A DNA stretch of 64,000 nt from NCBI GenBank assembly GCA_004764695.1, contig SMSO01000034.1:992001-1056000 (forward strand), given 5' to 3'. This DNA comes from Schizochytrium sp. TIO01 (taxonomy: Eukaryota; Protista; Bigyra: Labyrinthulomycetes). Each line of letters starts with the position of its first letter. The stretch's first letter is position 1. A model generated the notes under the pieces. The model was given only the letters and a program-made list of their open reading frames with translations. It ran no database searches and was not told the origin of the DNA. Made by a program: the position numbers and the translations under genes. Positions 58,300-64,000 of the stretch are shown here, piece after piece.

Positions 58300-59448
58300 T
58301 CAGTACATGGAAAATAGAAGAGTAACCATCAGGGCCATGCAGGACACCATCAAGCTCTGAGCAGAGGAGGTTGGCGAGTTGGTAGGGTTCATTGTGGGCG
58401 AAGACGTAGAGTTGATGGTTTCGGAACGGTGAGAAGACGGTCCACCACCAAAACCAGGGAAGCCTCCACTGCCAGGACCAAAGCTGTTGGCCGTTGTCGG
58501 TGCCTTAGTGGGTGACGGTGTCGGCGCAGTAGGTGCTGCAGTAGGCACAAAGGTGCTGTTTGAGTACGGCGAGTCGTAGAAACGAAGTCCAGAGGTATCT
58601 CCGTTAGGGGATGTGGAGTTCACCGTAGCACGAATCCAGGACTCGTATGTTGAAAGACGAGTGTAGACACCAGGGTAACCAGGGTAGGCACAGCCATATC
58701 CAAAGGCCACCAGACCCACCTCGACCTCTTCAGCACCCTCATAAGGATGCACGGTAAGAGGACCACCCGAGTCGCCCTGGCAAGAGTCGCGACCAGGGGC
58801 TGCAGCGCAAATGTGTTCCGATGGAATGATGGTGAACATACTTGCGTAGTCGTTGCCACAAACGGTCTCGTTGACAATGTCAAGAGTGGTCTGGCGGAGC
58901 TCGTAATCTGTGCTGCCTCCAGAAGAAGTAGTTCCGTAGCCGCTGACTGTGGCATTCTCACCTGGGTAGACAGTCATGTACTCTCCAGCGAGAAGCGCAG
59001 AGGTCGGGAGGTCAACGTTGGCATCCTTAAAGATCACAAGTGCCAAGTCATTGTCCGTGGAGCCATCTTCGTTCTCAACAAAGTCAGGGTGCACAACAAT
59101 GCCAACGGCATCAACAAGGTTGAAGGAGTCAGAGTCATACTCCTCAAGGTCGTCGCGCAGGAACATGGCCACTGGCTGGAGCTCGCCAGACGGAATGCAG
59201 TGACCTGCTGTGAGCATGTAATGGTATCCATCGGAGCTGCCGATGTAAGAGCTACCGCAAAGGTACTCCTCGTTGGTGGTGTAATCCACAATAATCATGG
59301 CAGCCATCCACTCACGAATTTTGGGGCTGATCACAACACCTCCAACGATCCTGGTGGAGGCTGTTACACTAGCTGCTTCAGCTTGGAGCGGCGTCAAGAC
59401 CGCTGCACAGGCAAGCGCAAGAACCATCTTCATAGCCCTCATCATCAT
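58300..59448 (-). CDS. S1A serine protease, array copy 11; canonical trypsin pocket D189/G216/G226
   Basis: Probable start at 59448 (MMMRAMKMVLALAC signal). R-IVGG, TAGHC, NDLALV, RDSCQGDSGGP, AFGYGC, YPGVYTRL, PT-rich and Gly-rich stalk, hydrophobic tail. Confidence 0.93.
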   Translation of the reverse strand: MMMRAMKMVLALACAAVLTPLQAEAASVTASTRIVGGVVISPKIREWMAAMIIVDYTTNEEYLCGSSYIGSSDGYHYMLTAGHCIPSGELQPVAMFLRDDLEEYDSDSFNLVDAVGIVVHPDFVENEDGSTDNDLALVIFKDANVDLPTSALLAGEYMTVYPGENATVSGYGTTSSGGSTDYELRQTTLDIVNETVCGNDYASMFTIIPSEHICAAAPGRDSCQGDSGGPLTVHPYEGAEEVEVGLVAFGYGCAYPGYPGVYTRLSTYESWIRATVNSTSPNGDTSGLRFYDSPYSNSTFVPTAAPTAPTPSPTKAPTTANSFGPGSGGFPGFGGGPSSHRSETINSTSSPTMNPTNSPTSSAQSLMVSCMALMVTLLFSMY

Positions 59449-59731
59449 GGTTGCAATGCAAGCTTGCTGAGACCAATAAATCCAATCTTCACTAAACCAA
59501 CAAGCCCAATCCCGTCGCCAGCCGTGGCCTTGTACAGCCGCACCGTTCCTTGATCTTAGTCGTCGAGAAGGTCTCCTTTGTTTCGGATTTGCTTGCTCAA
59601 GAGCCGCACATCTCCAACTTTCCAAGAACATCAATCATTATCCAGGACACATTCTTCAATTCCATCTTACTAGAGTCTTCTAACTCTACCAGAGAGGTAT
59701 AGTATAGTTAGGTGCCTACTATTGCACCCAC

Positions 59732-61200
59732 TCATGCTGCCAAAATGGGTTCTGCAGATTCCCTGAATCCTTCGGAGGTCGCCGAACCAGAGGCCTCAGA
59801 GGAGACCGAGTCTGTCCGTACTATGGGCATCACTCCCACCTGGCAGGGTTCGGAAACCCTTGTTTCCAAGTCGTCTCGAGGGGGTGTATTTTTACTGCTA
59901 GTACTGCGTAGGTAGTCATGAAATAAGTTGAACTTGAAGAACCTTTGAGTTCTCTTTCGTAGGAAGAGATAAACGAGTGAACTCCGAAAAAGAACGATCG
60001 ATGGATGAAGATTAGTTGGAGTTGGCTCTGATGATTGTGTGCGTCTGTTTATATCGTTTGTTTTGGGTAAGTTCAACTTGGCTGACTGATGAGAGGGTTT
60101 GTTCGCCATGATGAAATCGATACGCTGGTTTGTCCTAACTTAAGTTTTGGTAATTGTGCAGTACAACCTTCAAGTTGAAACCATCGGCACCGGGGATCGT
60201 TTCGAAGATAGAAGGTCCTCGCCTTTCAAGGATAGTGGAGCTTGAACTTGACGTTTCAGGCGTCGGGGTGCTGGTTTGCAGCGCCGTTTCTTACCATGTT
60301 GATTTGCTGTTGAAATCGGCCGCGCCGTTGATGATTTGAGGCGACCAATTCAGAAGGAGTTCTTTGAGTTTTCTCCATGATGGCAGCAGTTAGCAAGTTA
60401 CTGTAGTCAGAGCAGTGGGTTGGCAATCTCCACTAAACGAGAAGCCTCGTTCCTTACGCATGACAACTGTTTGAGACTTCGTGTTATGTTGTGCTTACTA
60501 CAGATGAGGTGCTTGGTGCCATGGTCGTGGTAGATCCTGTGTTGAGGTTCTTGAGAACCATAACGAAAATCTCACCAAGAGATTCCAAAAACGCGCGGAC
60601 TTCGACGTGCGTAGCAATAACAGAGGAGGCAGAAGACAATTTGAGTGCAGAACGTGGAGATGTGAGGATATTGAAGTTGTTGTACAAAGGTTTGGTGTTC
60701 AAGACGTTTTAGTGCTGGTGCAGATTGTGCATTTCGAGATCGGAGCACTACCCTCGCGCGCCGCAGGTGTTTCGATGCACGCGATCGAAGTGCAGATCGT
60801 GCTCCTCGAGACGCCGCCTCCTCGACCTGGCCTGCCGGAGTTGTCTTGAAGAAAGGTATTCCAGGGAATGCATCAGGCAAACGCGCCCCGATTGGCCTGA
60901 TTGAAACTGTCTGGCCATCCTGAGCTCCAAGAGGCCATCAAAGGCGAACCTCCTCCACACCTTCGAAGTTCACATCAAAGAGCTCTAGACTCTGCCACGC
61001 CAAGACGCTGAGTAAGTGAGCAGGTACTTTTGCAGCAATGTCACATGGTCTGGCGGCAGTCAGTCATTTCGAGATCGGCTATACACCGCTCGACAGCTTG
61101 CACAAAGGGGTGCAGGTCTGCGGCTTGGGTCCCTGCTTTCAGAAGGGAACTCGAGGGGCGGCCAACCAGTGGTTTCCAGCTCGCCCGGGCTTGCGACGAA
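59732..61200 (-). pseudogene. Degenerate gene relic, possibly with RGS-like helical segments
   Basis: Coding-like composition broken by stops and frameshifts. Fragments ADLHPFVQAVER, LLQKYLL, LFDVNFE/VWRRFAFD, LYNNFNILTSP, AFLESLGEIFVMV and LVYLFLRKRTQRFFKFNLFHDYL loosely resemble RGS helices. Confidence 0.25.
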
Positions 61201-63226
61201 CTAGGATAGCCGAATCCGCTGCAGCGAACCCCGAGCGACACAGACGCACCGCCAGTCCCTCCTCCGGTCGGCCTCAGGGCCCGCGTCGATCTCAGAGTGA
61301 TCGGCGATTGAGCTCTCTGCAGCGCTTTGCAAAGAGAGCGACCGCGAGGCTGCCTGTTGTTATATAAACATGGACGATCCGGCCAAGATGGAGCCCCGTG
61401 AGCTTTAGAGAATGTACGGGCAAATGTCCAGGATTAGTGGGACATTGAGCAGCTGTCCAGACCATTTGGAGTTGGCCTTTTCGATTGCAAATCGATACAG
61501 AGATGCGTCAAAGGCTCCCAAACTACGTTGCGTTGCGATTTGAGGGTTCGCTGCGTCGGGCGGTTGGCATAAATAAATAAGGCTGCAGATCTGGTGCAGA
61601 GGTGCAAACAGGAGCAAGTGCAGCGCGGGTTCGTCTGAATGCATTTCAGGAAGCGACAATTTTCCAGCCGGTAAGTAAAATGTCGTACTTCGAAGCCTCT
61701 AAGCTAGGTTGCTAGCTAGGGGTAAGAGGAAGAAATCTCGAGGTTTCATGGAAGTAGGTAGCACCTACTACATACTAGAACTTGGTCGAAGACATTGCGA
61801 GTTTTCGAAGCTGCAGAGGCTGGGAAAACTTACTTCAAGTCACTCGCACTAGTGTAACAGTTGGTAAAAAGGTAAATAGCACAACGGCAACGATAGACCC
61901 TCACGCTCAGAACCTGAATGCTAGTGATATTCATTAAATTCTAGAGAAAAATCCCCCTCCTCAGCAAATAACAGCCAGGACCAGCAAAAGAGCTGAATAT
62001 CACAATTACTTGACTTTATGTTGGTTGCACTTATATAGTGCAGTTGGAAATTCAACACCGGCTAGCTGAGGCAACCAAAGAGCCTCAAATTTCGATTACA
62101 GTGTGTGACCATGAATCATTAAGGTAATTTCAATAACTAAATAAGAAGCACCGAATAGTGACTTGGTTCGCAAAGCCTTGATCGTATTCTATCCTACCTA
62201 CCTAGGTTGAATCTATTGTCATACTTCAAGACTAAACACGGGTCTATTGTTATCTAGTGTTGAAAGTTGGGTTTTCTTCATTTGACTCAAGACGAGAATG
62301 AATTGAAACAAAGAAGTTGAGTTCGTCTTGAGAGACCGATTCTAATTTACTTGGTCCGCGGTCTTTACAAGGTGTATCTATTTCTGTTTCCTCGGCCTGT
62401 CCAACCTAGTATACCAATCTTACATCAGTCGAAAGGAGTATTATATTTAGTCCCGCACTTCGAGTTAGACTTCAATTTGGATTCACTCATTCTCAAAAGG
62501 CAGGATTGACATTTTGAAATTTACATCTAACAAACGAGTTGACCTATTCTATTTGCTCCAGAGGTTGCAATATGCTTGCATAAATCTATGCAGAAACTGC
62601 AACCCGTATAAAACTAGCTCGATCTTTTGCAACTTCTTATCGATTGTGATTTACAAAAACTCTTGCCCATATTAGTCTTTAAGCAACCCTTTCAATTCTT
62701 TCCACACTAATTGGAGATGTGAGGCTAAGGAGACTGAATACGAATAACCTTTGTATTGCACTATGCTAATTCTCTTTTGCGTGTGAAGACAAGGGATCAT
62801 CACACTACGTAGATAACCTCTACCTACCGGACTATACAGCTATTACTATCGAAATGTCTCATTGTTTTCTGTGTTCCGCTCTCAAAATCGATACTCAACA
62901 AGTAGCTACGTAGCCCATTTAAATTTACTCACGCACTGTTCAAGAACAATGAATGATGACAACACCACTCATCGCCACGAAATAGGTACATCCTGAGAGT
63001 GCTGCTTTTCGTGTCGCACCAACTTGACCGAGCGAAAGCTGCTATGAAACTTTAAAAAGAGAGAATAAGCACCATATGAATGGGAACTAGTGCCTATCCA
63101 GACAGTAAGGGTTTATAGTGAAAAACGAATGAAGGCGATGGGAAAATTTTTTCAAGAAAGCTCCTGACGCCAGAGAAAATCGTTGCTTCATTCTGCTTCT
63201 TCGACGCTCACCGCAGCGCGGAGACG

Positions 63227-64000
63227 ATGAAACTTCGAGCACGCGGAGCGAAAGTTCACAGTGTGTCTACTGATTCTCAGGATTCAAAGAAGCGTCGTAT
63301 TGAGGCGACACGCGATGACCAAGAGCACCAATCTGAGAGCTCGCGACGAGCAAGAGTCTCGAGAAGCGCACGTACGCCACGGGAAAACAAACGTGGACAT
63401 GAAGACAGCGATGGGGATTCAAGGAAGGCACGGCTTCGAAAAACATCTTTGAGAAAAAGACGAACGGGGAATAGCTGCAATTTTCAAAGCGGAGAAATCA
63501 CAGATATTCTGAGCAAGCACACATTGAAAACTATGGAACATGGGCCAGAAGTTAGCAACGATAACAGTTCCGGAAAGAAAAAGTCGCAAAGAACGAGGCT
63601 GAGAAAATTAAGCTCAGAATCAACCAGCAAGGCTGGTAGCACTAAGCAAAGGAAAGAGAATTCGGCCAGCGAAGAAATTGATACACTTAAGCATTTGAAA
63701 CTCAAAGAACCCGAGAGGCCAGTTTCGCCATTGCAAGTCAGGGGGCGCAAACGACAGAGACAAAGTGTAGATTTACCTAAAAGTAACACCGAATCACAAA
63801 GACGTCGAGGTGCTTTGCCAAGAGCTACGAAGAGATCGCGCAGATCTCCAACAAAAAGTAGATCACAGAGCACGGGTGATGAGGACGTCACTACAAGAGC
63901 GCGAGGAAAAGACTATTGTATTTCTGGATGGACGCCCACGACTCCTGGTACCAGCCCAGTCCGAAATTCGGTTCGTATCTCCAAACGTCGGGAAAAGATT
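63227..64000 (+). CDS. Partial CDS (3' end outside window), basic Arg/Lys/Ser-rich disordered N-terminus
   Basis: ATG at 63227 (MKLRARGAKVHSVSTDSQDSKKRRIE...). The frame stays open for 258 codons to the window edge and has several NLS-like clusters. It is missing from the ORF track because it has no stop in the window. Confidence 0.75.
   Translation, partial: MKLRARGAKVHSVSTDSQDSKKRRIEATRDDQEHQSESSRRARVSRSARTPRENKRGHEDSDGDSRKARLRKTSLRKRRTGNSCNFQSGEITDILSKHTLKTMEHGPEVSNDNSSGKKKSQRTRLRKLSSESTSKAGSTKQRKENSASEEIDTLKHLKLKEPERPVSPLQVRGRKRQRQSVDLPKSNTESQRRRGALPRATKRSRRSPTKSRSQSTGDEDVTTRARGKDYCISGWTPTTPGTSPVRNSVRISKRREKI

Noticed and set aside
58747-59553. 268-aa plus-strand ORF
   Set aside because: Antisense shadow of protease copy 11.

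Overview
This is eukaryotic, intron-poor DNA with long microsatellite-rich spacers. The style suggests a stramenopile protist such as a thraustochytrid, but that is an inference and not shown by the sequence. The first 16.4 kb is a compact housekeeping block: a CTFxP-repeat protein, a FANCB-like protein, CPSF3 (CPSF73/Ysh1), NOP9, MPP6, a RIOK3-type RIO kinase broken by a one-base frameshift in a conserved motif, and a bacterial-type arginase-family gene. From 18.5 to 59.5 kb there is a same-strand tandem array of 11 intronless S1A (trypsin-fold) serine protease genes. Each has a signal peptide, a propeptide, a Ser/Thr/Pro-rich stalk of variable length and a GPI-anchor-like C-terminus. The S1 pockets differ. 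Eight copies have the Gly189/Asp226 arrangement known from crab collagenase (brachyurin), one is a canonical Asp189/Gly226 trypsin, one has an elastase-like occluded pocket, and one is a catalytically dead pseudo-protease on a recently expanded mucin-like stalk. Degenerate gene-like relics lie in some spacers. An open, basic, low-complexity ORF runs off the right end. I recognised no tRNA, rRNA, CRISPR array or intact transposon.
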